Source: an archaeon (GTDB lineage: Archaea; Nanobdellota; Nanobdellia; Woesearchaeales; JBDRAZ01). From it: 64,000 nt of DNA. Position numbers and translations under genes: made by a program. Position 1 is the first letter of the stretch; the number at the start of each line of letters is the position of its first letter. The notes beneath the pieces are model-generated. The model had not been told where the DNA came from, searched no databases, and saw nothing but the letters and a program-made list of their open reading frames with translations. Of the stretch, positions 31,034-41,802 are shown piece by piece. The stretch is from contig JBDRAZ010000034.1 of the NCBI GenBank assembly GCA_043823195.1, forward strand, positions 12,699 through 76,698. Reading direction: 5' to 3'.

Positions 31034-34000
31034 AAAGGCTGCTCTTTGCGCTGCTGTTAATTGGCATGGTTGTCATTTCAGGCTGCCCGCCCGGGGACGA
31101 GGCATTCTATATATCTGAAGAGCAGTATCTCATCGGGTGGATTATATCCAATGTCAGCAACACCACAAATACGACAATAACCTACAGTCCTGATGATCTT
31201 GCCATTTACAACTACACCTATAACTATCCGGCCCAGCAGCCCCAGACTTACTCAAGCGTCCTGTTCTGGCTGAAGCCCATCCATAAGAATGGCGGCGGAG
31301 TTGGTGCAGCCAGCTGGCAGGAACTTGATGTGCCCGTTACCAAGACATACTATCTTCTGGGCGAAAATCCTGTCCGCGAGAACTACTACAGCAACTTCTC
31401 TATGTCGCACCACATGTACATAAACTACATTGAGAACGAGGACTCTTCATCGCAATTCGGGCTTGAGGTTGCGCACCAGGAAGGCTACCGCTCAGAAAAC
31501 ACCTTCTATGGCATCTCACCTGTTCCGGGTGACGGGAAGCACGTCTATTTTGGCAGTGCCCCGTTCACGCCGACATCTGTCTATATCAACTCGAACTGGG
31601 TCGCCCTGCGCGACCGCCTCATAAGGGGCTTCAACGGAAACTCATACCTGATCAGGGACACCGACGTAGCAGTCACCGATCCTGGAACTGGCGAGACAAC
31701 CACCCAGTACATCGCTGTCCCCCACGCAGAAATATACAACAACGAAGCCCTTGTCTATCAAAAAAACATAACAAACAGCTACAGGGTCTGGGATTACACC
31801 ACCCTTGCCTACTACCTCAGCTCTGACGGCAACTACACCGTAAACATAACGATTCCCACAGACTATCCCATCTGGAACACAACATACATAACAGCCAGAT
31901 TTGCCATGCCGTCTGATGACCTGAGTCCGCCTGCCCTCAACCGTATAAGGATATCGCCGCGCTTCCGGACAAACCAGACACTGCCTGTCTCAGTGAACTT
32001 TACAGATGAATCCAATGTCTCGGCAGTAGGGTTCTTCTACAGGGCTGATGAAGGCCCCTGGATCCAGGTTTCCCTCGATTCTGAGCACTCCGGATCATTC
32101 ATCATCAATGATTCAGATGCCGCGTCCATAGATATCCGGTTCATGGCATCCGATTCATACGGCAACAATGTGACATACACCGTAAGGCCGGCTTCCTTGA
32201 GGGCCAGGACAGTGGACCTTAATTTTACTGCAGGCTCAGGCAGTATTGCCCGCGGGGATAACGTTGACGTCTATGGGACATGCACTGACAGTTTAGGATA
32301 TAACTGCAGCGGTCTTCGCCTTGAATATTATCTGGACGGCAGCTACCTCTCTGCAGACAGGACAGATTTCTTCTTCCCCTTATACGGCAGGGAGGCCGGT
32401 GAATACGGTACCAACTTCAGCATCCCGCTAGCCACTGCCTCTGCAACGGTCAATGTATCAGTCGTTTTCAGGGGCAGCGGCATATACGACAACCGGACCG
32501 AAACCATAACTCTCAATGTTCTGATATACGACCACGACCTGTACCTTACATCCCTGGGGTATCCTGATTTTAGGATTGGTCAGGCCGGAGCGCTGAATAC
32601 AAGCCTCTTCAACTTTGGCCTTAATAATGAAGAGAATGTTAATGTCACCTTTATGGTAAACAGCAACATCACTGATTACATCGAGGTTGCAGAGCTGGAT
32701 GCCGGTGAGAATGTTACCCTGGAATTCAACTGGACGCCGCAGATGGCAGGAGAGTTCAATCTCACGGTGCATGTGCAGCCCGTAGCAGGTGAGAACTACA
32801 CAGCCAACAACAGGAGGTCCGTGGTACTTAGCCTTGGTGCAGACATCGAGACCGAGTTGATACTGCCGGGCTGGCAGGGGCTCCTGAATGAAGCTGCATC
32901 AGCCAGGATTGACTATTCAAACATCGGGGATGACAATGCAACCAATGTAACAATAGAGCTCTTTGACCTTTACGACCGGACATATGTATACTCACCAATC
33001 AATTCATCCGGCTCAGCAACCATTGACGGGCTGTCTTACATAATCTCCCCCCGGTACCTCGGGCAGGGGTTTGCCCGCGTTAACGTGACTATCAATGGGA
33101 CATCATCATTTACCACAGCCTTCTCAGATAAGATTGAGCCGCTTTCTTCAGGAAGGCATCTCTTCACCATATATCTGGGATCAGCATATGCGCAATTCTA
33201 TATCGGCACCGCATCCCGGATTACCAAAAACGGATCAAATGTCGCCAGGGGTGCCTCTCTGACCGATGACCTCAACTGGACTCCTTCTGTGACGGGAAGC
33301 CACCGCATCGTTGCCTTTGTTAACTCATCTGAAGACCGCAACGTAAAAAATAACTATGACTCGTACGGCATCACTGTATCAATCAATGCACCAGACATCG
33401 ACACGAGCCTTTCTGCAGATTCACTGCTCGTGGCAAATGTGACATCGGAAATCGGCCTGTACTATGAAAATGACGGCACGCTTGATGCACAGGATATTAA
33501 CGCAATCTTCTATGACATCTATTATTATGATTCTACTTTTTGCTTCTATGCAAGCCCCGACTCCGTAGTCTTTGCAGATACCGACTACAACATTGCAAGC
33601 TCCAGGCTGAATGAGGAGGAGATTCTGATCAACCTCTCCTATGATGGTGCCACAGAGTCTTTGCGTCTCCATGACAATGAGATTGTCGAGCTCTCAAACG
33701 GAATTCTGCTTGAGGTGGATTATTTTGGCAATTCATATGTCACCTTTTATCTTGGCCAGGCCAACATCACCAGGATGGTGCTGACCCCGCTTGCAGCTGA
33801 CGAGTCCAAATACGAATATTTCAATTTCACGCCCACGGTTATCGGCACTCACCGCCTCAAGGTTGCAGTAAACCTTTCTGAAGATGCAAACTGGGCGAAT
33901 AACTATGCATATACTCTCTCCAGTGTGAAGGGGCCGGGTCCGGATTTGTCGGTAACAATCACGGCCCCATCAGACATTATTGTGAATTCCGATGCGACCG

Positions 34001-36855
34001 TAAACCTCACAGTGGAAAATTCAGGCCTGCAGAATGTCTCCAATTATACAGTCTATTTATACGATATGTATGAGACCGAATATGTTTACGGTTTGTATGA
34101 TCAGGCTCAGGATACGGGTTTCAACAGCACCCAATTCACAATAACTGCGCATAGGATCGATGATGATCACATTTTGGTCAATGTTACCAGCGATGTATCG
34201 GAGCTGTTCACTATTGTTGCCTACGAGACTGTCCAGCTCAGCGACGGTGTATACTTGTTCTCGAATTTTATCGGCCCGTCTTATTCGCAGCTCTATCTGG
34301 CCCAGGGGGACGCATATGCCTGGAACGGAAGCTCGCTTGATGTAGGTGAAACCAGAAAGCACGTTATTAACTGGAGCTGGCTGAACCTTGGCGAACATAG
34401 GCTCACAGCCTCTGTTGCCGCAGATACCGATTCAGACCTCAGGAATAACCATGATTACGATTCAGTCTCTGTGACCGAGGACGGCCCCGACATATATGTG
34501 TATTTTACACTCAACGCCTCACTTAGGGTGAACAGCACAGCCTCTTTTGCAGTGCAGTTCAGCAATTATGGGACCCGGAACGCAACAAATGTTACAGCAA
34601 TCCTATATGAACTTTATGATGCTGATGATACCTACATAATCTACGGCAGCATCCGCACCGCAACCTATGACGGCGTAGACTACCGCATTGCTGCATTTGA
34701 CAACGGCAGCTCGCATGTGCGTCTTCAGGTCAACCACTCAGGGATTTCCGAGGAACATGTAATGGTTGATGAGGAGCTTGCCGAGCTTCAGTCAGGCCAT
34801 TACCTCATGGTAAGGACAATTGCCCCGGGATACACATCTATAGAGTTCCTGAAGGGGAACAAGACCGTGCAACGCATCGCGGACATTGATGTCGATTCTG
34901 CTGCAGAAGTTTATCTTAATTTCACACCCACCCTTCCCGGCTCGAGAAAAATAATTGTCTTTGCCAATGCAACAGGCGAGATTGGTCTTTCTGACAACTA
35001 CCGCTATCGCTACACCACCGTGCGATACAATGGGCCAGAGGCCGGCCTCGATTACATTGGGGTCGATGCCCGCACTGCAGTGAATGAAACAAATGCGATC
35101 ACAGTATCGCTGATAAACGGGGGCTTCGTGGATGCAATTAACCTGAAAGCCACGCTCTTCGAATTCACAGATTTTGAGTATGTTTATGCGCAATACGGCT
35201 CTACGGCGGCTGAGGTCTTCAATCGAACGCAGTATAATATCACTGCCTCGCTTTCCGGGTCAATTCTGACTATTAACCTAGTCTCCAATGTAAGTTCTGA
35301 TGCTATAGTCAGCTCAGAAAAAACAGTTGTGCAGCTTTCTGATGCTGTATATCTTGACATACACTATATCGGGAATTCCTACGCGCTCATGTACCTTGCA
35401 AAGGGCACTGCAGAAGGCGTGACCCTTGGCAACATCACGGCAGCAGGCTCCCTTGAAATGCAGGTGAACTGGACGCCGGCAAGCGTTGGCCCCCGGCTCC
35501 TTGTAATGCTCCTTAATTCCTCAGGTGATGCCGATACCTCTAATAACCATGCGGAGGATGGGACAGAGGCAAAGCTCTATGCGCCCGACCTCACCTGCGT
35601 CCTCTCTGAGCTCTCGCGCCAGGAGGTTAATCAGACCGGATCGGTCAATACAAACCTGTATAACACCGGTCTTGTAGATGCCCCCAATGTGACTCTGCGG
35701 ATATATGACAACGGGGAACTGGTGGGCCAGGGCCTTCTGGGCAGCTTCATAGGCTCTCCCGCAACTGTTTTCCACTCCGGCGCCGACGACGAACTTGATA
35801 ATAACATGTCATCCATTCTGATCAACCTGAGCAGTGCTGTCAACGCCACGCTCAGCCTCCGTGCAAGATTCAACACAGAATCCTGCTGCGACTATGCAGC
35901 CCTCATGCTGTCTGATGACAACCGGACCTGGGCGGAAAGATACAACTTCAACGGCTCATCCGGCTGGATGACTTATTCCTTCAACATAGCATCCTATGCC
36001 GGGGGTGCTCTCTACCTGGCATTCCGCTATCACACCGACAGCAGCGTTGTTTACAGCGGCTTTTTTGTGCATGATATCTCGGTGCAGGCTGACCAGGGGG
36101 CTGTGTTCATTGATCAGGCAATCAACACATCATACTGGCATTTCAACGGCTTCAACCTTACCGGATCCAGCATTGCGAGCGAAGCAGCCAAGGAGGTATT
36201 CGGCCTCAACTGGACTCCGGCATCACACGGCCGGCACCACATTACGGTAGCGCTCAATGCCTTAGGGGAGGGCGACTATTCTGACAACAACTGCACGAGG
36301 CGTATCGTTGCATATTCCAATGACACGCATAATATTCGCGCTAATCTGGGGTGGAGCCTTGTAAGCTTTCCGCTGTTGGCCCCAAACATGACGGCCCGGA
36401 GGATATTTTCCAATTCGACCGGATTCATACGGGCATGGGCATATGAAGCGAAATATGGGGACAATCCATGGAAGCTATATGATCCTGATGGTCCTTCTTT
36501 CCTGAACACGCTTTCCAGCATAGATGGCACGCTGGGCTACTGGGTGCGCTCAGACGCCGCCGACTTCATCAGCATCCAGGGCGGGACACTTGAGGAGATC
36601 AACACCACGCTTTACGATGGCTGGAATCTCATGGGCTATCCGTTCCTCCAGTCCAGGCCGGCTGAAGAGGCGTTCGAGAACATCTCATACTTCAGCAGGG
36701 CCTGGGGTTATAACGGTTCCGATGAATACCCCTGGAAACTGTATGATCCGGATGCCCTGCCAATGCTTAACACCCTTGTCAACCTGCATCCGGGTTACGG
36801 CTACTGGATCAGGGCTGAAGAGGAAGGGGGCTGGGAGCTTACCCGGCCCGGATGA
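31030..36855 (+). CDS. Large putative lipoprotein with repeated CARDB-like domains, jelly-roll domain and C-terminal GWNL domain
   Basis: ATGA overlap with the S8 gene and GGGTGA RBS; lipobox-like VVISG-C; repeated N.G...A.NV...LNWTP...G.H.....NN motifs; AFRYHTDSSVVYSGFFVHDI. Confidence 0.75.
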   Translation: MKRLLFALLLIGMVVISGCPPGDEAFYISEEQYLIGWIISNVSNTTNTTITYSPDDLAIYNYTYNYPAQQPQTYSSVLFWLKPIHKNGGGVGAASWQELDVPVTKTYYLLGENPVRENYYSNFSMSHHMYINYIENEDSSSQFGLEVAHQEGYRSENTFYGISPVPGDGKHVYFGSAPFTPTSVYINSNWVALRDRLIRGFNGNSYLIRDTDVAVTDPGTGETTTQYIAVPHAEIYNNEALVYQKNITNSYRVWDYTTLAYYLSSDGNYTVNITIPTDYPIWNTTYITARFAMPSDDLSPPALNRIRISPRFRTNQTLPVSVNFTDESNVSAVGFFYRADEGPWIQVSLDSEHSGSFIINDSDAASIDIRFMASDSYGNNVTYTVRPASLRARTVDLNFTAGSGSIARGDNVDVYGTCTDSLGYNCSGLRLEYYLDGSYLSADRTDFFFPLYGREAGEYGTNFSIPLATASATVNVSVVFRGSGIYDNRTETITLNVLIYDHDLYLTSLGYPDFRIGQAGALNTSLFNFGLNNEENVNVTFMVNSNITDYIEVAELDAGENVTLEFNWTPQMAGEFNLTVHVQPVAGENYTANNRRSVVLSLGADIETELILPGWQGLLNEAASARIDYSNIGDDNATNVTIELFDLYDRTYVYSPINSSGSATIDGLSYIISPRYLGQGFARVNVTINGTSSFTTAFSDKIEPLSSGRHLFTIYLGSAYAQFYIGTASRITKNGSNVARGASLTDDLNWTPSVTGSHRIVAFVNSSEDRNVKNNYDSYGITVSINAPDIDTSLSADSLLVANVTSEIGLYYENDGTLDAQDINAIFYDIYYYDSTFCFYASPDSVVFADTDYNIASSRLNEEEILINLSYDGATESLRLHDNEIVELSNGILLEVDYFGNSYVTFYLGQANITRMVLTPLAADESKYEYFNFTPTVIGTHRLKVAVNLSEDANWANNYAYTLSSVKGPGPDLSVTITAPSDIIVNSDATVNLTVENSGLQNVSNYTVYLYDMYETEYVYGLYDQAQDTGFNSTQFTITAHRIDDDHILVNVTSDVSELFTIVAYETVQLSDGVYLFSNFIGPSYSQLYLAQGDAYAWNGSSLDVGETRKHVINWSWLNLGEHRLTASVAADTDSDLRNNHDYDSVSVTEDGPDIYVYFTLNASLRVNSTASFAVQFSNYGTRNATNVTAILYELYDADDTYIIYGSIRTATYDGVDYRIAAFDNGSSHVRLQVNHSGISEEHVMVDEELAELQSGHYLMVRTIAPGYTSIEFLKGNKTVQRIADIDVDSAAEVYLNFTPTLPGSRKIIVFANATGEIGLSDNYRYRYTTVRYNGPEAGLDYIGVDARTAVNETNAITVSLINGGFVDAINLKATLFEFTDFEYVYAQYGSTAAEVFNRTQYNITASLSGSILTINLVSNVSSDAIVSSEKTVVQLSDAVYLDIHYIGNSYALMYLAKGTAEGVTLGNITAAGSLEMQVNWTPASVGPRLLVMLLNSSGDADTSNNHAEDGTEAKLYAPDLTCVLSELSRQEVNQTGSVNTNLYNTGLVDAPNVTLRIYDNGELVGQGLLGSFIGSPATVFHSGADDELDNNMSSILINLSSAVNATLSLRARFNTESCCDYAALMLSDDNRTWAERYNFNGSSGWMTYSFNIASYAGGALYLAFRYHTDSSVVYSGFFVHDISVQADQGAVFIDQAINTSYWHFNGFNLTGSSIASEAAKEVFGLNWTPASHGRHHITVALNALGEGDYSDNNCTRRIVAYSNDTHNIRANLGWSLVSFPLLAPNMTARRIFSNSTGFIRAWAYEAKYGDNPWKLYDPDGPSFLNTLSSIDGTLGYWVRSDAADFISIQGGTLEEINTTLYDGWNLMGYPFLQSRPAEEAFENISYFSRAWGYNGSDEYPWKLYDPDALPMLNTLVNLHPGYGYWIRAEEEGGWELTRPG

Positions 36856-36882
36856 AAGCCCTCTTCTCCTCTAAGCGATTTA

Positions 36883-36896
36883 GAAAGATTTAAATA
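36883..36896 (+). promoter_or_regulatory. BRE-TATA promoter (GAAAGA-TTTAAATA)
   Basis: Intergenic, upstream of the GGGGGGA RBS and ATG 36952. Confidence 0.6.
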
Positions 36897-36951
36897 TTAT
36901 TGACAAAATTTAATCGTGATACTTAGTTGCATTTTCAAAAGGGGGGATACA

Positions 36952-39900
36952 ATGAAAAACATCATCAGGCTTTCTTTATATGTAGTGCTATTTAATCTCA
37001 TCCTGTCCGGCGTGTACGCAGCAGACACCCCTACAGCGACGTGGTACATCGGCTATGTTACTGTTGACGGTCAGCCAGCGCCTGTAAATACGCTTGTGGG
37101 CATGCTCTTTACCACAGGAGGGCTTAATGGCTCGCGTCTTAATGATACCACTGGCGACGACGGCAACGGCAACCTTAATACATACTGGATCATCTCCAAC
37201 TATCTTACTGAAAGCACTCCGTTCCCCCAGAGCGGAGATTTGGTAACATTCCAGGTTGGTTCTCCGGTCCTCGGGCTCCTTAATGCGACCTCTACGCACC
37301 CCACCACCACCAACTTTACCAGGACAATTTCCGGAACGCCCCTTGACCTCTATGTTAACATCACTGTTGCAGACAACATCGGCCCTCTGGCTCCGAGCAC
37401 CATTGCGGTTATCGAGCAGCTTGTGACTGACACTTCCTACATCAATATCTCCTGGAGCCATACCCAGGATAACATCTGGACTAACCTTACGTATGCGGTT
37501 TACAGGAGCACAACAAGCGACGTATCTTATACTGATACCCTAGTCGGCACGACCAGCTATAACGGCGCCGTCGGCTCACTGAATGTCCTTGACACACAAT
37601 CCCCCCGCGGCGTGACATACTACTACGCTGTATATGCCAACGATACCTCGGGAAACAGGGGTGCAAATGCAACCTCCTCTGTAACCGTAACCAACCTTGT
37701 GCCGGCTCAGGTTATGAATGTTCTGGTCACGTCCCAGAACAATACGCTGAATGTCTCCTGGGATGCGGTTGTCAACCACAGCAACAGCCAGGCTATTGGC
37801 GCGGATCTTGCCGGCTATCGGGTCTACAGCAACACATCAGGCATCTGGGCCCTCCTTACTACAAGCAACCAGACCAAGTGGGGCAATGCCGCGCTCACGA
37901 ACGGTTTTACCTACTATTTCAAGATCGCTGCCTATGACCTTGACGGGAACGGCGGCCAGAACTCAACTATTGCATACGGAACACCCTCTGAGAGGCCCGG
38001 CATCAGCGCCTCGCCCGGTGACGGCTCCTACATCAAGTCGTCTGGCACGGTAGGCGTCACAATCACCTCCGGAAACCCTATTCCTCAGGCGTCAATTGCC
38101 GTGTTCAATTCAACTGCGAACGCTTATGGTGCTCCCATCTCACTTGGCGGCACGTCACCTCTGATAACTACCCTTAACGCGACCAGCTGGAAAGAGGGGG
38201 ACCTTACCACGGTCTATGTCTGGGCAAATGACTCAAACGGCCAGGAGAACCAGCAGAACTTCACCTACACGGTTGATGATACCCTGCCTACGGTCCTGGC
38301 TCCGGCAACCAGCGATTCAGACGATATTGTCAGGGGAACTGACAGCATTCAGGTCAATGTCACAGCTGCCGACTCCTCAGGCATAGCTACCCTCACCGCA
38401 GGCAATGGGACGCCAGTCAGCATGGCAAATCCGTCAGGCTCCACCTGGACAGCAACGACAACAGCCTCAGCAATGGGTTGCACAGCAGTAAACGGTCCCT
38501 GTGTCCTTAAATTTACAGCAACTGACAATGCAGGAAACATAAACAATTCAGCAACCCTTAATATCCAGGTTGATGACGTAAATCCAACCAATACCGGGAC
38601 CGCCATCTCTGACGCAGATAATGTGGTCAGGGGCACGCAAAATTTCCAGATCAATATCACCTCAGCAGATACAGTTGCCCGGATTGCCAATGTTACCGTA
38701 GGAAACGCAACCCAGGTGCTCATGCCAGGAAAATCGCTTGATACCTTTTTCCTGACCACAAATGCAAGCGCCATGGGCTGCACAGCAACGGACGGCAACT
38801 GCACCCTTAGGTACATTGCCACTGACAATGCAGGAAATATCAATAACACTGTCACATACACAATAACAGTGGATGACACGAATCCGTCTGTTGTTGTTGC
38901 AGGAGTTAATGACAGCGACGGAATAGTGAAGAGCACAGACAGCCTGCAGATTAATGTGACTGTGACAGATACACATCTCTCCGGCATTACCCTGAAAAAC
39001 GGCTCAGTTGTTCCGATGTCTCAGCTCTCAGGAAACACATATTCAGTTACCACCACAGCTTCAGCTCTCGGCTGCACAGCAACCAACGGCTACTGTACCG
39101 TGAGATTCAATGCATCTGACAGCCTGGGAAACAGGAATGAAACTGAGGTAATGACCCTTACAATTGACGACGTCAACCCGAGGGTCACCGCGCTTGCCCT
39201 GAGCGATGCTGACAACCTTGTTGCCAGCAGCGCAACCTTTGCCATAACTGCAGTCGTGACAGACACCCATTTCACCACCGGCACGGTGACGGTTGGCAAT
39301 TCAACACCGGTTGCCATGGCCAACACATCAGGCAACACATATTCAGTCACAGTAAATGCATCCCAGCTGGGATGCGCAGCAGGCACCTGCATGGTTAAAG
39401 TCACGGCGACAGACGACCTTGGAAATATCAACAGCACCGAAACACTCACATTGACTGTTGATGATACCGTGCCTTCAATTGCCATTACCTACCCCACATC
39501 GGGCCTCAACACGTCATCAGGACTGATAAGCTTCACCGTGACAGACAATGTTGCAGTTGACCGGACAACAATTACTGTCAAAGTCAACGGTGCCGTCTCA
39601 TCGGCCTTCACAGCTGCTGCCTGCACAGGCACATATAACATGACCTGCTCATATACTGAGGCAGGCCTTGGCCAGGGCTCAAACGAGATCAACATCACTG
39701 CAAGCGACAACGCATCAAATGCGGCAACACGCGCATCAGTAAGGTACAACTATGACACTGTAGGTCCTGTGACGACGGTGTATTCGCCGATAAGCGGAAG
39801 CGACTATGTCAGCCGGGTTGTGCTCAACTGGAGCGCCGCGGATGCTGTGACACGGGTCTCAGCAGTCGGATATTATCTTGATGGTGCAACAACTTTTACA

Positions 39901-41802
39901 GCCCTCGGCGGGTCTTCGGGCAATGTTACGCTTCCCCTGAACGCAGGAACGCACAGGATAAAGTTCACTGCAAATGACACGTTGGGCAACAGGCGGAATG
40001 CAACAGCAAGAACCGTAAGGATTATTGCACCGGTAAACATCACCAGGAAGATCAGCGACATGAGATCGGGTGCAGGCTCATCAAAGCTTACTGCGGTTAC
40101 TGTCAAGAATGCAGCAAACATCTCGCAGGATTATTCCGGCCAGGGGGCGCTATATGTCAACAGGACACTGTCCCTTAAGCTTACCGTCAACATTAGCGGC
40201 TCAGATGCTTCCGTTGACATACCAAGCTTTGACGGACTTGATGCAAACTGGGACAACGCAGGCCAGTTCCAGATAGACGTGAACAGGTCCTCGGCAACAG
40301 CACTGAACATCAACACAAGGTCAGGAGCAACCCTGAAAAAGATTGTCCTTATGCAGAACATGGAGAATATCCTGGCTGCAGACAAGTATACGCAGGGTGC
40401 GACGATATTCTTCAACGACGTTCTTGGAAGCCTTGATGTGGTTTACATTGCTGACGACATCGGGGACACCGTATACAAGCTGCCTGCCTGCTCTGGCTCA
40501 GCACCGACGGTAATAACCCTGTCAAACATGTGCTACATAAACACATCAACAAACGTGACCCTGTATGTGCCGCACCTGTCAGGGGGCGGGCTTGTTAACG
40601 ACACCTCGGCCCCAACCATTAATATTACCTCTCCGGTTAATGGCAGCACAGTTGCAGACAGTTACGCCACCTTTGGCTTCACTGCAAATGAGGCAAATCC
40701 GAAGGTAGCAGGCTTCTGCACATATTCTCTGAGGAACGGAAGCAATGCAGTAACATCAGCAACACTGGCAAGCACTGATCTGAACTGGGCCGGGGTTGAA
40801 GGGACATATTCCGCAACCCTAACTGGGCTCGCTGACGAGACATACACTGTCGTTCTGAACTGCACTGACCTGAATAACAGGAGTTCCCAGATATCGCACA
40901 ACTTCACTGTTGCAGACACGACTGTCCCGAGGGTATCTGCCCTGAGCACATCCACCTCAGGAACAACAACAGTAACCCTGACCCTTTCGGCGACAACAAA
41001 TGAGGCTGCAAGGTGCAGGTATGCAGCGACCGACGGCAACTACACAGCGATGACAGCGTTCAGCACAACCGGCGCCACATCCCACAGCGTTTCAATAGAC
41101 TACACTGCAGATGCAAGCGGCACATTCTACGTGAGGTGCAATGACACCGCCGGAAACGCAATGAGTGCCTCGAACAGCACAACATTCTCGGTCACAGTCA
41201 CAGCAGCAACTACGCCTGCAACTACCCGTACCACGAGCGGGATACCCTCAAACGTCGGTGTGACTGTGAGGCGCGGATGGGACAGGCTTGAGGCCGGCAT
41301 ACCTGTTGAGATGCTGATCTCAAAGCCCCAGATTCCGCTGACCAGGCTGACAATTACGACCAACACCCCGCTTACAGGCGCATCTATTACAGTAAAAGAG
41401 CTTAAGGCAGCGCCTTCGACATCCCAGAGGCTCTCTGGAACCATCTACAAGTACATAGAGATTGACAAGGGCGCATTCATCAACCTGGTTGTCGACAGCG
41501 TGGTAATGGAGTTCAAGGTGCCGAAGACCTGGATGACTGACAACGGCGTCTCAGAAGGCAATGTGGTCCTGTATAGGCACGAAAGCAACGTCTGGACGCA
41601 GCTGCCCACCGAAAAGGTTTCCGGTGATGCAGACTACGTATACTACAGGGCAGCCTCGCCTGGCCTGAGCTACTTTGCGGTAGGCCAGAAGACAACACTG
41701 ACCGCCTTTGATGTGATTGACATAATCAGGGCATTCTACGCAGGAACAACGCCCTACACCGCATTTGAGATCATTGACCTGATACGGGGCTTCTATGGGT
41801 AA
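36952..41802 (+). CDS. Large Thr/Ser-rich surface glycoprotein: N-terminal beta domain, FN3, Ig-like repeats, PGF-pre-PGF domain, C-terminal dockerin-like helix pair
   Basis: Signal peptide; FN3-like LAGYRVY...YYFKIAAYD; four ASxxGC...C...ATD..GN repeats; YKYIEI...FKVPKTW...YYRAASPGLSYFAVG (PGF-pre-PGF); ends TAFDVIDIIRAFYAG-TTPY-TAFEIIDLIRGFYG. Confidence 0.8.
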   Translation: MKNIIRLSLYVVLFNLILSGVYAADTPTATWYIGYVTVDGQPAPVNTLVGMLFTTGGLNGSRLNDTTGDDGNGNLNTYWIISNYLTESTPFPQSGDLVTFQVGSPVLGLLNATSTHPTTTNFTRTISGTPLDLYVNITVADNIGPLAPSTIAVIEQLVTDTSYINISWSHTQDNIWTNLTYAVYRSTTSDVSYTDTLVGTTSYNGAVGSLNVLDTQSPRGVTYYYAVYANDTSGNRGANATSSVTVTNLVPAQVMNVLVTSQNNTLNVSWDAVVNHSNSQAIGADLAGYRVYSNTSGIWALLTTSNQTKWGNAALTNGFTYYFKIAAYDLDGNGGQNSTIAYGTPSERPGISASPGDGSYIKSSGTVGVTITSGNPIPQASIAVFNSTANAYGAPISLGGTSPLITTLNATSWKEGDLTTVYVWANDSNGQENQQNFTYTVDDTLPTVLAPATSDSDDIVRGTDSIQVNVTAADSSGIATLTAGNGTPVSMANPSGSTWTATTTASAMGCTAVNGPCVLKFTATDNAGNINNSATLNIQVDDVNPTNTGTAISDADNVVRGTQNFQINITSADTVARIANVTVGNATQVLMPGKSLDTFFLTTNASAMGCTATDGNCTLRYIATDNAGNINNTVTYTITVDDTNPSVVVAGVNDSDGIVKSTDSLQINVTVTDTHLSGITLKNGSVVPMSQLSGNTYSVTTTASALGCTATNGYCTVRFNASDSLGNRNETEVMTLTIDDVNPRVTALALSDADNLVASSATFAITAVVTDTHFTTGTVTVGNSTPVAMANTSGNTYSVTVNASQLGCAAGTCMVKVTATDDLGNINSTETLTLTVDDTVPSIAITYPTSGLNTSSGLISFTVTDNVAVDRTTITVKVNGAVSSAFTAAACTGTYNMTCSYTEAGLGQGSNEINITASDNASNAATRASVRYNYDTVGPVTTVYSPISGSDYVSRVVLNWSAADAVTRVSAVGYYLDGATTFTALGGSSGNVTLPLNAGTHRIKFTANDTLGNRRNATARTVRIIAPVNITRKISDMRSGAGSSKLTAVTVKNAANISQDYSGQGALYVNRTLSLKLTVNISGSDASVDIPSFDGLDANWDNAGQFQIDVNRSSATALNINTRSGATLKKIVLMQNMENILAADKYTQGATIFFNDVLGSLDVVYIADDIGDTVYKLPACSGSAPTVITLSNMCYINTSTNVTLYVPHLSGGGLVNDTSAPTINITSPVNGSTVADSYATFGFTANEANPKVAGFCTYSLRNGSNAVTSATLASTDLNWAGVEGTYSATLTGLADETYTVVLNCTDLNNRSSQISHNFTVADTTVPRVSALSTSTSGTTTVTLTLSATTNEAARCRYAATDGNYTAMTAFSTTGATSHSVSIDYTADASGTFYVRCNDTAGNAMSASNSTTFSVTVTAATTPATTRTTSGIPSNVGVTVRRGWDRLEAGIPVEMLISKPQIPLTRLTITTNTPLTGASITVKELKAAPSTSQRLSGTIYKYIEIDKGAFINLVVDSVVMEFKVPKTWMTDNGVSEGNVVLYRHESNVWTQLPTEKVSGDADYVYYRAASPGLSYFAVGQKTTLTAFDVIDIIRAFYAGTTPYTAFEIIDLIRGFYG

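Noticed and set aside
8581-36855. GWNL tail as a true T9SS C-terminal domain
   Set aside because: It lacks the YPNP...G.Y...K motifs, and an archaeon has no outer-membrane T9SS. The comparison is an analogy only.
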